Assembly: GCA_041690135.1 (NCBI GenBank)
Contig: JAWLHY010000010.1
Span: forward strand, 122,110 to 186,109
Direction: 5' to 3'
Length of the DNA: 64,000 nt
Source: Armatimonadota bacterium
GTDB taxonomy: Bacteria; Armatimonadota; SYMT01
Shown: piece after piece, positions 9,063-18,191 of the stretch
Layout of the letters: each line of letters opens with the position of its first letter
Numbering within the stretch: the stretch's first letter is position 1
Translations under genes and position numbers: made by a program
The notes under the pieces: generated by a model
The model's database searches: none
The model's input: the letters and a program-made list of their open reading frames with translations, nothing else
What the model was told of the DNA's origin: nothing

Positions 9063-10484
9063 TCAGGCGCGGATGCCGTCGATCGGCTTCCCCTCTCGGT
9101 CGGCGGGACCGAGGCGCTGCTTCGCATCCATTGCGGCCAGCATGGTGTTGTACACGTCGAGGCCCTCGGCGCCGACATCCAGGATCTGGCCGGTTTTGAA
9201 GCGGCCGTTGGCGCCGGTGATGGCGTGGAAGATCCCCGACAGCTCTCGCTTGACGTTGTTGTGGCGACCGTCCCCGGACTCCGTGGAGATCGTGATCAGC
9301 GAGTTATCCAGGATGGTGCGACCGTTCGCCTCCACCGACTCCGGGCCGTCGAGCCGCTGCAGGAAGTAGGCGACCTCGCGCATCTTCAGGTGGGCATGGG
9401 CGCGCAGGTGTTCGTTCCGCTTCCCCTCGTTGAACTCGTGCCACCATTCGTGGCTGCAGCCCTGCGATCCGAACTTCTTGCGCTGGCCGGCGTCGTCGAA
9501 CTGGAAGACGGTCCTGCCGGCGTAGTCGTAGCGACCCTTGAGCCGGATGCGCTCGCCCGCCGCCAGGAAAGTGATCGAGCCGAAACGGACGCGGTCGGTC
9601 TGGATCGCGAGGGCGTAAAGGTCCGCCATCAGACGCCATTCCTCGGTCAGGTCCTCCAGGGTAATGTCGATCCCCTCACCGCCGGGGTCCGCCGCGCCGC
9701 CGTGCACGATCTCGGAAGGCGGCGGCATGGGCGGCCGCCGGAGCTTCTTCTCGTCCAGGGCGAAGGCGCGCTGCTCGTACTCGCGGATCCGCTCCAGGTG
9801 CTCGGCGATGCGCGCGCGGGAAGCAGTGCCCAGCGGCGAGGTGCGCCCGGTGAAGTACCGGTATTGGTCCACCACGGAGTCGAGGACGCTCCGCTTGATG
9901 CGCCGGACGCGCGGGTCGAGCACGGCTTCCGGCACGGAACCGAACACGCGTTCGAAGAGATCGCGAGGGGTCTCCTGCATCGCCGCCGCCACGGTGCCGT
10001 CCGGGTTGAAGCTCTTGGCGTAGCGGCTCACCCGGTCGCGCCGGAAAAAGGTGCCGGCGATGAGCGTGGGGACCATGCCGGACGGCAGCCCGGCCGGGTA
10101 GTGCGTCGCCCGGACCACCTGGTCGAGGGAAGGGCCCCCCGCCTTGGCGGTGCCGGCGGGCGGCTCCGCAGTGAAGGCGGCGGTGGCCCCATCGCGGTGC
10201 GCGTTCTCTCCGGGCACGTCCGTGCGTATCTGGTCCACATTGCGCATGATGAGCAACTTCCGGCCCAGCGGCTGGAGCGGCTCCAGCACGCCGCCGAACC
10301 CTTCCGCCTGCAGTGGGGACGGGATCCCCAGGCCGAAGAAGACGTTGAACGCCCGCACGGGAACCTGGGCCGCGGGGGCGGCCGCGGCGGGCAGCAGGAG
10401 CATCTCTTCCAGGAGCGGCAGGCCGATCGTTACGGCGCCCGCACCCTGAAGCACGGTGCGCCGGCTAAGGGGTCGTCTCGTCAT
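9063..10484 (-). CDS. DUF1552 domain protein (Tat signal)
   Basis: N-terminus MTRRPLSRRTVLQGAGAVTIGLPLLEE, typical DUF1552 twin-arginine leader; 4-nt overlap with upstream DUF1592 gene. Confidence 0.85.
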   Translation of the reverse strand: MTRRPLSRRTVLQGAGAVTIGLPLLEEMLLLPAAAAPAAQVPVRAFNVFFGLGIPSPLQAEGFGGVLEPLQPLGRKLLIMRNVDQIRTDVPGENAHRDGATAAFTAEPPAGTAKAGGPSLDQVVRATHYPAGLPSGMVPTLIAGTFFRRDRVSRYAKSFNPDGTVAAAMQETPRDLFERVFGSVPEAVLDPRVRRIKRSVLDSVVDQYRYFTGRTSPLGTASRARIAEHLERIREYEQRAFALDEKKLRRPPMPPPSEIVHGGAADPGGEGIDITLEDLTEEWRLMADLYALAIQTDRVRFGSITFLAAGERIRLKGRYDYAGRTVFQFDDAGQRKKFGSQGCSHEWWHEFNEGKRNEHLRAHAHLKMREVAYFLQRLDGPESVEANGRTILDNSLITISTESGDGRHNNVKRELSGIFHAITGANGRFKTGQILDVGAEGLDVYNTMLAAMDAKQRLGPADREGKPIDGIRA

Positions 10485-13171
10485 GGTAGGCTCTCCGCGG
10501 GGTTCTTCTGGATCAGGTCGCTCAGCACCAGGGCGGAAACCAGGGCGGCGTAGGTGCCTCCACCCTTCTGTGCGGCCGCATGGATCCGGTCGATCGCGGG
10601 ACCGTCCGCCTGCACCAGCGGGCGGCCCAGGGCGAACTGGACCACCTTCCGCGTGATGTTCTTCTGGACCCGCTCGTTCCGGGCCAACAGGTCCATCAGT
10701 TGCGCGGTGGTCGTGTAGGAGGCGGGCTGGTTCGTGCCGGGGAAGAGGATCTTGCCGTCCTCCCGCAGCGGGTTGCCATGCTCGTCTCGCTCGTGGTAGC
10801 CGCCTACGCCATCGAACTTCTCCAGCCCGAAGGCCAGGGGTTCGAAGCGGGCGTGGCAGCCGCCGCAGGCCGAATTGGCGACGCGCTGCTCCGCGACGGC
10901 GCGCCGCGACTGGCCCGGCCGGGGCGGCACGGGGGTGGTGTCCACGCCGGGCGGAGCACTGCCGATCTCGCTGTAAAGGAGATCCCGCAGGATGAATAGG
11001 CCACGGGCGACCATCGACGCTTCGTCCCCGCCGACGGTGAGCACGCTGCCGTGGGTCAACAGACCGCCCCGGCTGGACACCTGGGTGAGGTCGTAGCGGG
11101 TCGCCTGGCGGACCGTGGCGCGGATCTCCTCCGGGGTGAGGGCCCGGTTGTAGAGGGCCACCTGGTGGAGCGTGCCGTGCCAGGGGCGGTCTCCGGTGGT
11201 CTCGTTGCCCAGGACCAGGCGGAAGTCCTCACCCCAGTTCGAGAGGTCGCCCGCCGTTTCGCCCGAACTCTGCACTTCGCCGTTCACAAAGAGCCGCGTC
11301 TTCCCGGCGGCATCGCGAGTGTAGGCCAGGTGGGTCAGTCGGGTTCCGGCCGTGCCGTCGGGGCTGCCCAGGCCGGGAAGGCCATTGGCGTCGGTCCGGC
11401 TGCCCCGGAAGCGGACCTCAAAACGGTCCTTCTCCTGCCCGAGGGTGAAGTTCCGCTGCAGGGCGCCGGAGGAGAGCGTAAGGATGCGGGCCGGCCCCTC
11501 CTGTTTCGTATTCGCGGGAGTGACCCAGGCTTCCAGCGACAGGGCTTTGGACTGGCGGACCGCCGCGACGAGGCGTTTCGGTGGTTGGGCACCGGCAATG
11601 ACCGTGGGCCCGGTCACCACGAGACCGCCCTGCTCCCAACTTACTGCCGCGGGGCTCGAGATTTTCAGGTCGAGCGCCTCGCCGGCCCCGGAGGTGTCGC
11701 GCACGGTATCGCCCTGGCCCTCCCCGAAGGTGTAGAGCGCCTGCAGCCCTTCCCGCCGCACGCGGTTGGCCAGGTTGAGTGGGAGACCGTAGTGCGCCGC
11801 CAGGTGGGGGGTGGCGAAGGTGACCCGCGCGTTCATCAGGTCGGCAAGGGGCCGCTTCTCCTTCCAGGCGATCTCCTCGAAGAAGGCGAGCGTCTCCTTC
11901 CGCATGTCGGCGGCGAGTTGGCCGCTCCAGGATGGGAACCGGCGAGGGTTGGGGCGCAGGTTGCCGAGCCGGTCCAGGTTGAGCCACTCGGAGATGAACT
12001 GGCGAGACCGGAGGATGGCGCGCGGGTCCTGGAGCATTCGGTGCACCTGCGCTTCCACGCGAGCCCGTTTGGCGAGGTCACCGGCCTCCGCGGCGCGCAG
12101 CAACTCGGCATCCGGAGGGCCGCCCCAGAGAGTATAGCTGAGGCGCGAGGCGAGCTCGTAAGGTCCTACGGGTCGCAGGTTGCCGGCGCTCTTTCCGACG
12201 CCGGCCTTATCCGCCTCCGCTTCGATCCGGTAGAGGAACCGGGGCGACTGGAGCATCGCCTCGACCACGTACCGGACGGCTTCCGTGTACCCGCCGCCCT
12301 CGCCGGTAACCGCTTTCGCCACCCGGTGGAAAGTGTCGATCTCCTGTGCCTGAAGCGGGCCGCGTAGGAGCCACTTCCCCATCGCCGCAATCAGACGGCG
12401 CATGGAGGCCTCGCCCAGGTCTTGCCCCTTCACAAACCGCGCGGCGAACCGGTCCACGTCCATGCGCCCGACCACGATCTCCGCGAGCCGGGCGTACCCT
12501 TCCACGTGAGCGAGATCCGCGGAAAGATTGTAGGCGGTGTTGGTGAACCCGTCGGCGCGCACGTCCGGCGGCAAGATGCGGCGGGCGTCCTCGGCCACGT
12601 CCACACCGGTCGCGCTGCGAACAGTCTCCACGTACTCCGGCACCGTGAGCCGGCGGAGCCAGTGGTGCGCGGACCGCCGCTCGCGGGTGTGGGTCAGAGG
12701 ATCGATGGTACTGCCGGACCAGACCGCGCCCGCGTCGATCCACTCGCGCAGCGCCCGCTTCTCCTGGGGCGACAGGCGCGGCCGGTCCATCGGCGGCATG
12801 ACGCCCGACGCTACGTGCTTCCACAGCAGGCTCTCCGCCGACTTGCCGGGCACGATCGCCTTACCGTGTGCGCCGCCGGACAGGGCCGTTTTCTTCTGAG
12901 AGAGGTCCAGGCCCCCCTGCTTCGAGCCCGGTCCGTGGCACGCCAGGCAGTGCCGCGCCAGCAGCGGCACGATCTGCGCCTCGAACTGCCGGGCGGCGAT
13001 CACCGGGACAGGAGGGGCGGAGCCACCGGCGCCGCTCGACGCCTGAACCGCCACCAGCGGGGCGAGACAACCGACCGCGGCGAACAGGTGGCGGGCCTTT
13101 ATCCGGCCGGGTTGGGTTACTCCGCGAGCGGTCCCGCGAACGACGCGGGGTGCTTCAGCTGGGAATGGCAT
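10481..13171 (-). CDS. DUF1592/DUF1588/DUF1585-type multidomain protein with cytochrome-c-like CxxCH motif
   Basis: N-terminal CLACHGPGSKQGGLDLS motif, internal SACGGCHARFEPLAFGLEKFDGVGGYHE, C-terminal GGGTYAALVSALVLSDLI; classic partner of DUF1552. Confidence 0.85.
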   Translation of the reverse strand: MPFPAEAPRVVRGTARGVTQPGRIKARHLFAAVGCLAPLVAVQASSGAGGSAPPVPVIAARQFEAQIVPLLARHCLACHGPGSKQGGLDLSQKKTALSGGAHGKAIVPGKSAESLLWKHVASGVMPPMDRPRLSPQEKRALREWIDAGAVWSGSTIDPLTHTRERRSAHHWLRRLTVPEYVETVRSATGVDVAEDARRILPPDVRADGFTNTAYNLSADLAHVEGYARLAEIVVGRMDVDRFAARFVKGQDLGEASMRRLIAAMGKWLLRGPLQAQEIDTFHRVAKAVTGEGGGYTEAVRYVVEAMLQSPRFLYRIEAEADKAGVGKSAGNLRPVGPYELASRLSYTLWGGPPDAELLRAAEAGDLAKRARVEAQVHRMLQDPRAILRSRQFISEWLNLDRLGNLRPNPRRFPSWSGQLAADMRKETLAFFEEIAWKEKRPLADLMNARVTFATPHLAAHYGLPLNLANRVRREGLQALYTFGEGQGDTVRDTSGAGEALDLKISSPAAVSWEQGGLVVTGPTVIAGAQPPKRLVAAVRQSKALSLEAWVTPANTKQEGPARILTLSSGALQRNFTLGQEKDRFEVRFRGSRTDANGLPGLGSPDGTAGTRLTHLAYTRDAAGKTRLFVNGEVQSSGETAGDLSNWGEDFRLVLGNETTGDRPWHGTLHQVALYNRALTPEEIRATVRQATRYDLTQVSSRGGLLTHGSVLTVGGDEASMVARGLFILRDLLYSEIGSAPPGVDTTPVPPRPGQSRRAVAEQRVANSACGGCHARFEPLAFGLEKFDGVGGYHERDEHGNPLREDGKILFPGTNQPASYTTTAQLMDLLARNERVQKNITRKVVQFALGRPLVQADGPAIDRIHAAAQKGGGTYAALVSALVLSDLIQKNPAESLP

Positions 13172-13271
13172 AGAGTTTGTGTCACCAGGACGGTTCCGCT
13201 GTTGCCTTCCTTCTTTCTACAAATCTATTGGGGGCCCCTGCGCGAAACGGCAAGGGTGAACTACAGGCCGA

Positions 13272-15722
13272 TCACTGGAGAGAAGTGCGCACGCGCTCGG
13301 GCTGCCGCAGGGTGGGAGCAAACCGGGCGTAAGGGAAATGCCGGCCGCCCACGCGCCATCGGATGAACCTGGCCGCCCCCGGGGAGGCGTTGAAGTAGCC
13401 ATCCGGCGTGGTTGCCAGCCAGTCGAGGCCTTCCTCATCTTCCGCTCCGGGCAGCAGGCGGAGGGTCGCGAGCTGCCGGCCACTCTCAGGATCCCAGACC
13501 TGAGCGGTCGCCGCAGGGCCGCCGATGATGAGCCGCTTCCCGTCCGGCGAGAACTGTGCACTCGTTCCGGTCCCGGCGATCCGGCGCAGCTCTTTGCCGG
13601 TTTCGACTTCGACGATGTGGATGTTTTCATCACCCACAATGGCAGCGCGCCTGGCGTCTGGGGAGAGCGCCCCGGTGTCCAGGCTCCACTCGAGCGGCAC
13701 TTGATGGACCCGCAGCACGCGGCCCTGTGGCACGCTCCAGCTCTTCACCATACCGGAGCGGTGGAAGCTGAAGTCGTCTTCCGCAAGCGCCGTCAACCTT
13801 CTCCCGTCCGGGGAGAACCGGATCTGCGTGATACTGCTGCCGGCATTCGTGAGCGTCTTGAGCAGCTTGCCGGTCTGGGTAGACCAGAGCTTGATCATCT
13901 GGTCCGAGTCGGCGGTGGCGAGGATCCGGCTATCGGGAGAGAACGCGACGCGGCTCGGCGTGCCGGTATGTCCCACGAACCGGTGGAGGCGCTTTCCCGT
14001 GGCGACGCTCCAGAGAGAATACTCGGACACCTCCGTTTCCAACGGTTCCCCCACGCCCAGAGCCAGCAGCCGACCGTCCGGGGAATAGTCCAGCGCGAGA
14101 ACGGAAGTCTCACTGCCCCCAATCGAGCGGGGTTTTCCGCCCGCGCTCCAGAGGAGCAATCTTCCATCCTGGCACCCGGTGGCCAGGATCTTTCCGTCCG
14201 GTGAGAACGCGAGGTCCCGCACCGAGCCGAAGAAGAACGGGTTCGACCAGGTCAGGGAGCCGTCGCGCAAGTTCCACCGGCCGACCTGCCCCATCTGCTC
14301 GACCAGGAGGGCGGGACTGCCCGTCCCCACGGCGAGGGTCTGCCCATCCCGGGTAACCGCCAGGCTGACCGTGCTCCCCATTTCCGCATCGTCAGCCACC
14401 GGAAGCTCGCGCACCAGCTTTCCCGTTTGCGGATTCCACTCCTGAACGCCGATCCAGTTCTGGGACTGTCCACCGATATCAAACGTCACGAGGGAGCCCC
14501 GTCCCGGCCAGAAGAGCAGGCTGCGGCCGATCCCACGCGCCTTGAGGGTGTGCTTGAGCTCCCACGTCGCCGTGTCCCAAAGGCGGACGAGGTTATCGGA
14601 GCCCTGCTCGGGTTTCTCTGCCCCGGGTTCCCCGAGCGCCGGCATCGAACTGATCGCCAAGAGCTTTCCATCCGGCGAGAACGCCACCCGGCTGGCGCCC
14701 TCCGGCACCTCCAGTTTGCGGATCATCTCCCCATTGCTGGCGCTCAGCACGTGGACCACTCCCTGCTGAAAGCTACCGGCCGATACTACCATTGCGGAGC
14801 TGTCCTTCGTGAAGTAGACGTCAGCGGGAGGAAATCCGGGCGTGTCGAGGAGACGAGGTGAACCAAGCAGCATGCCCGAAGGGAACGACCACAGGCGTAG
14901 TGTCCCATCGGTGAGACATGCGACCAGCCTTTGGCCATCGGGGGAGAACTCCAGGTTGGCCAGGGGCGGCAGGTCCACGTTGAGGTTGAAGAATGCGCCA
15001 AAAAGCTTCCTGGCGGCCTGCGCAAACGGCTTGGCTTGCGCAGGCAGACTCTCCGCGGGGTTGAACAGATCACCGGATTTGGCCTGGCGCTTCAGTTCAC
15101 CGAACGGCAGGCGGCGCGTCACCCGCATGCCCTGAAGATCCCACAACAGAACCGTGTTGTCCGGTCCCCCCGAGACCAGGGTTTGCTCGTCCAGCGAGAG
15201 GGTTGCGGGCGTCCGTGCCCCAGGCAATTCGGTGACCTTGCCGGACTTCGGGTCTTTGATCCGGAGCGCTCCCCCTTCATCGGCGACCAGGATGCGGCCG
15301 CCCGGCAACCGGAGATTCGGCCCGGGCGGGGCCGGATCTTCCCGCAACTCACCCGTACGCGCGCTCCAGATGAAAGATTTCACATCGCCGTCGTTCCGGG
15401 CGTCGAAGTGGAGTTCCGAGCTATCCTCCGAAAAAGCCAGGTTCTCGGCGACACCGTAAACGCTGGAAAACTTGAACGGCAACACCTGGCGCAACTCCAG
15501 GGATTGCCCGTCCCAGATCCGCACCGTGTCGTCGCTGCCGCTGCTGGCGAGGAGCCGGCCGTCCGGCGATATGGCGAAGTCGACGATCCGCCCGGTGTGG
15601 CCGATCTGGAGGACCATCTCCGGCCTGGCATCACCCGCGCCGGCGCCGCTGGGGATCGTACCCGCCTGAGCCGCGAGGCCGGCAAACGCAACCAGGGCCA
15701 TCGTCATGAAGGAGCGTCTCAT
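13272..15722 (-). CDS. WD40-repeat protein with signal peptide
   Basis: Multiple WD40-like units (GHTGRIVDFAISPDGRLLASSGSDDTVRIWD, SPDGKLLAISS, FSPDGKILATGCQDGRLLLW, FSPDSRILATADSDQMIKLW); start overlaps ankyrin gene stop (ATGA). Confidence 0.85.
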   Translation of the reverse strand: MRRSFMTMALVAFAGLAAQAGTIPSGAGAGDARPEMVLQIGHTGRIVDFAISPDGRLLASSGSDDTVRIWDGQSLELRQVLPFKFSSVYGVAENLAFSEDSSELHFDARNDGDVKSFIWSARTGELREDPAPPGPNLRLPGGRILVADEGGALRIKDPKSGKVTELPGARTPATLSLDEQTLVSGGPDNTVLLWDLQGMRVTRRLPFGELKRQAKSGDLFNPAESLPAQAKPFAQAARKLFGAFFNLNVDLPPLANLEFSPDGQRLVACLTDGTLRLWSFPSGMLLGSPRLLDTPGFPPADVYFTKDSSAMVVSAGSFQQGVVHVLSASNGEMIRKLEVPEGASRVAFSPDGKLLAISSMPALGEPGAEKPEQGSDNLVRLWDTATWELKHTLKARGIGRSLLFWPGRGSLVTFDIGGQSQNWIGVQEWNPQTGKLVRELPVADDAEMGSTVSLAVTRDGQTLAVGTGSPALLVEQMGQVGRWNLRDGSLTWSNPFFFGSVRDLAFSPDGKILATGCQDGRLLLWSAGGKPRSIGGSETSVLALDYSPDGRLLALGVGEPLETEVSEYSLWSVATGKRLHRFVGHTGTPSRVAFSPDSRILATADSDQMIKLWSTQTGKLLKTLTNAGSSITQIRFSPDGRRLTALAEDDFSFHRSGMVKSWSVPQGRVLRVHQVPLEWSLDTGALSPDARRAAIVGDENIHIVEVETGKELRRIAGTGTSAQFSPDGKRLIIGGPAATAQVWDPESGRQLATLRLLPGAEDEEGLDWLATTPDGYFNASPGAARFIRWRVGGRHFPYARFAPTLRQPERVRTSLQ

Positions 15723-18070
15723 CGTTTCCCACCCGCCCGCTTGAGGTGGCGGACCACCTGAGTGTGACCTTCCTCTTCCGCCATCGCGAGCGCCGTCTTC
15801 CCATCCTTCGCGCGGAGTGCGGCGTTAGCCCCCTTCGCCAGCAGGAGCTTCACCATCTCCAGGCGTCCCGCGCTTGCCGCGCTCATCAATGCCGTGTGGC
15901 CGTCGTCCGTCCGCGCGTTGATCTCGGCGCCCTTCGCCAGAAGGAGCCCGGCAATCGCAAGGTTCCCCTTGTGCGCCGCCGCCATCAGAGGGCGGGCGCC
16001 CATCTCGACGGGCACGTTCGGCCGAGCGCCGCGCCCCAGGAGCATGCGGGTCACTTCCGTCTCGTTGCGGTAGACGGCGATAAAGAGAGGGCTTCCGATG
16101 GGAGTCTTCTGGTTCGGGTCCGCGCCGCTCCGGAGAAGGAGCCGCACCAGATCCGCCCGCGTCCACTGGTCGGCGAGCAGTCCCTCCGCCAGCTTTTCCG
16201 CCAGTTCCCCGAGCTTCTCCGGGTTTGGGACCCGCTCCAGGGCGCGGCCGACCGCGTCGGCGGCCTTGGGCGGAAGAAGCGGCTCCGAGGGTGCGGCAGG
16301 CTCGGGAAGCGGCTCCCGCGCGGCGGCCGGCTCCGCCTGGCGCGGGTCATCTCGATCCGGAGCAAGAGCCAGGAACAACGGGGTACCTCCCCGCGCACTG
16401 GCGAGGTTCGGGTTCGCGCCTTTCTCGAGCAGCAGCCGGACGAGGTTCAGGTCCTGCATACCGGATTGCGCCCAGCGCAAAAGTGCGTGGTGCAGCGCGG
16501 TGTTTCCGTCAGCATCTTTCGTGTTGGGGTCCGCCCCATTCGCCAGCAGCATCCCCGTGATCTCGGTGTTGGCGCCGTAGGCGGCGAGCATGAGGGGCGT
16601 CACCCCTCCCTGGTGCCGGGTGTTCGGGTCCGCCTTCGCCTCCAGGAGAGCCCGTACCCCCTCCTCCGGGCCGAAGAGCGCCGCCTGGTAGAGCGCCGTG
16701 TTGCCGGCCGCGTCCTTCGCGTTCGGGTCGGCCCCTTTCTCCAGCAGCATCCGGATCAGCGTCTCACTGTGGGCGTTCGCCGCCTGGACGAGGGCAGGCG
16801 TACCCTGCTCATCCTTCTGGTTCGGGTCGGCACCGCGCTCCAACAGCGCGCGGGCGGAGACGGCGTCTTCAGCCTCAATGGCGGCCAGAAGATCCTTATG
16901 GGGAAGCTCCGCGCCGGCCTTCACGAGCACCTCCACGACCTCCGGGTTATCTTGCTGGCCCGCCTTCAGGAGGGGAGTATTCCCCTGCGCATCGCGAGCA
17001 TTCGGCGAGGCCTTACGCTCCAGGAGCAGCTTGACCGCGGCCACTGCCCCATGCTCGGCCGCTTTGAGGAGGGGCGTAACGCCGGTGCTGTCTGCGGCAT
17101 TTGGGTCGGCACCTTTCTCCAGGAGCACCTGCAGCACCTTCGGTTCCTCCAGGGTGGCTGCCGCGTGGACCGCGGTCGCGCCCTGCTCGTTCCGCGCCCG
17201 GATGTCCGCGCCCTGTTCGATCAGGAGCCGGACGATCTCGACGAACCCCCCATCCGCCGCCGCCATCAGAGCGGTCTGGCCCGAACTCGTAGCGGCATTG
17301 ACCTCCGCCCCCTTCGCCAGGAGCGTCTGAATCAGCGCGGCATCACCCAACCGCGACAGCGAGATGAGCGGCGTCTCGCCCTCTCGGTTGCGGACTTTCA
17401 CCTCGGCGCCGCGTTCCAGCAGGAGCCGGGCCAGATCCGCCGTCTCGGCCAGAGCGGAGAGCATCAGCACCGAATCGCCGTCGTAGTCCCGGGCATTGAG
17501 GTTCGCGCCGCGTTCCAGCAGCAGGCGCGCCGTTTCCAGTTGGCCGGTCTGCACGGCCCAGGCGAGCGCGGTGAGCCCCCGGTTGTCCCGCAACTCCAGC
17601 GCGGCGCCCCGATCCAGCAGCAATCGGACCAGTTCGACGTGGCCGTTCCCGGCGGCCTGCATCAGGGCGGTGGTGCCGTCGTTGTTTTCGGCATCTATGT
17701 GCGCCCCGCCATCCAGGAGCGCGCGGGTGAGGGGGAGATGGCCCGCATGGGCTACGAGAGAAAGCACCCGGAAGCCTTCCCGATCCACAAGATCGGGGTC
17801 AACTCCCTGCGCCAGGCGCGCGCGGACACCCGCTACATCCGCGGCCGCCAGCAACGCCAGCAGGCTGGGTGGGGATTTCGGCACGGCCTTGCGGGCAGGC
17901 GCCGGCCGTGTTCGGGCAGGAGCCCGGCGTGTCTTTCCCGGAGCGGTATGCGCCGGTAGGGATGCGCCGAGGATCGCCAGGAGAGCAGTCGTCGCAGGCA
18001 GGAAACGGTGGTGCATTCGGGGCGACATGGCTTGGCCTCGCTCGAGACGGATTCCAGGTTGCCCGAACAA
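15719..18070 (-). CDS. Ankyrin-repeat protein (about 20 repeats) with N-terminal signal-like segment
   Basis: Tandem ankyrin units (DGTTALMQAAGNGHVELVRLLLDRGA, GQTALMAAADGGFVEIVRLLIEQGADI and many more); true start may be an internal Met (MSPRMHH.. or MHHRF..). Confidence 0.85.
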   Translation of the reverse strand: MFGQPGIRLERGQAMSPRMHHRFLPATTALLAILGASLPAHTAPGKTRRAPARTRPAPARKAVPKSPPSLLALLAAADVAGVRARLAQGVDPDLVDREGFRVLSLVAHAGHLPLTRALLDGGAHIDAENNDGTTALMQAAGNGHVELVRLLLDRGAALELRDNRGLTALAWAVQTGQLETARLLLERGANLNARDYDGDSVLMLSALAETADLARLLLERGAEVKVRNREGETPLISLSRLGDAALIQTLLAKGAEVNAATSSGQTALMAAADGGFVEIVRLLIEQGADIRARNEQGATAVHAAATLEEPKVLQVLLEKGADPNAADSTGVTPLLKAAEHGAVAAVKLLLERKASPNARDAQGNTPLLKAGQQDNPEVVEVLVKAGAELPHKDLLAAIEAEDAVSARALLERGADPNQKDEQGTPALVQAANAHSETLIRMLLEKGADPNAKDAAGNTALYQAALFGPEEGVRALLEAKADPNTRHQGGVTPLMLAAYGANTEITGMLLANGADPNTKDADGNTALHHALLRWAQSGMQDLNLVRLLLEKGANPNLASARGGTPLFLALAPDRDDPRQAEPAAAREPLPEPAAPSEPLLPPKAADAVGRALERVPNPEKLGELAEKLAEGLLADQWTRADLVRLLLRSGADPNQKTPIGSPLFIAVYRNETEVTRMLLGRGARPNVPVEMGARPLMAAAHKGNLAIAGLLLAKGAEINARTDDGHTALMSAASAGRLEMVKLLLAKGANAALRAKDGKTALAMAEEEGHTQVVRHLKRAGGKR

Positions 18071-18191
18071 TTCTTGCTTTATGGCCTGGTTGAGCGATGT
18101 GCGGACAACGGGACCGTGGTCAGTTCGACATCATGCAGCAGTCTACCTTTGTGAATTGCCGCAGGGATTGCCTTGCCGCGTTGGGCCGCAC

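Noticed and set aside
8997-10553. 518-aa plus-strand ORF
   Set aside because: Antisense to the DUF1552 gene; Gly/Arg-rich.
11051-12367. 438-aa plus-strand ORF
   Set aside because: Antisense to the DUF1592 gene.
15746-17959. 737-aa plus-strand ORF
   Set aside because: Antisense shadow of the ankyrin gene; R/G/L-rich with no domain signature.
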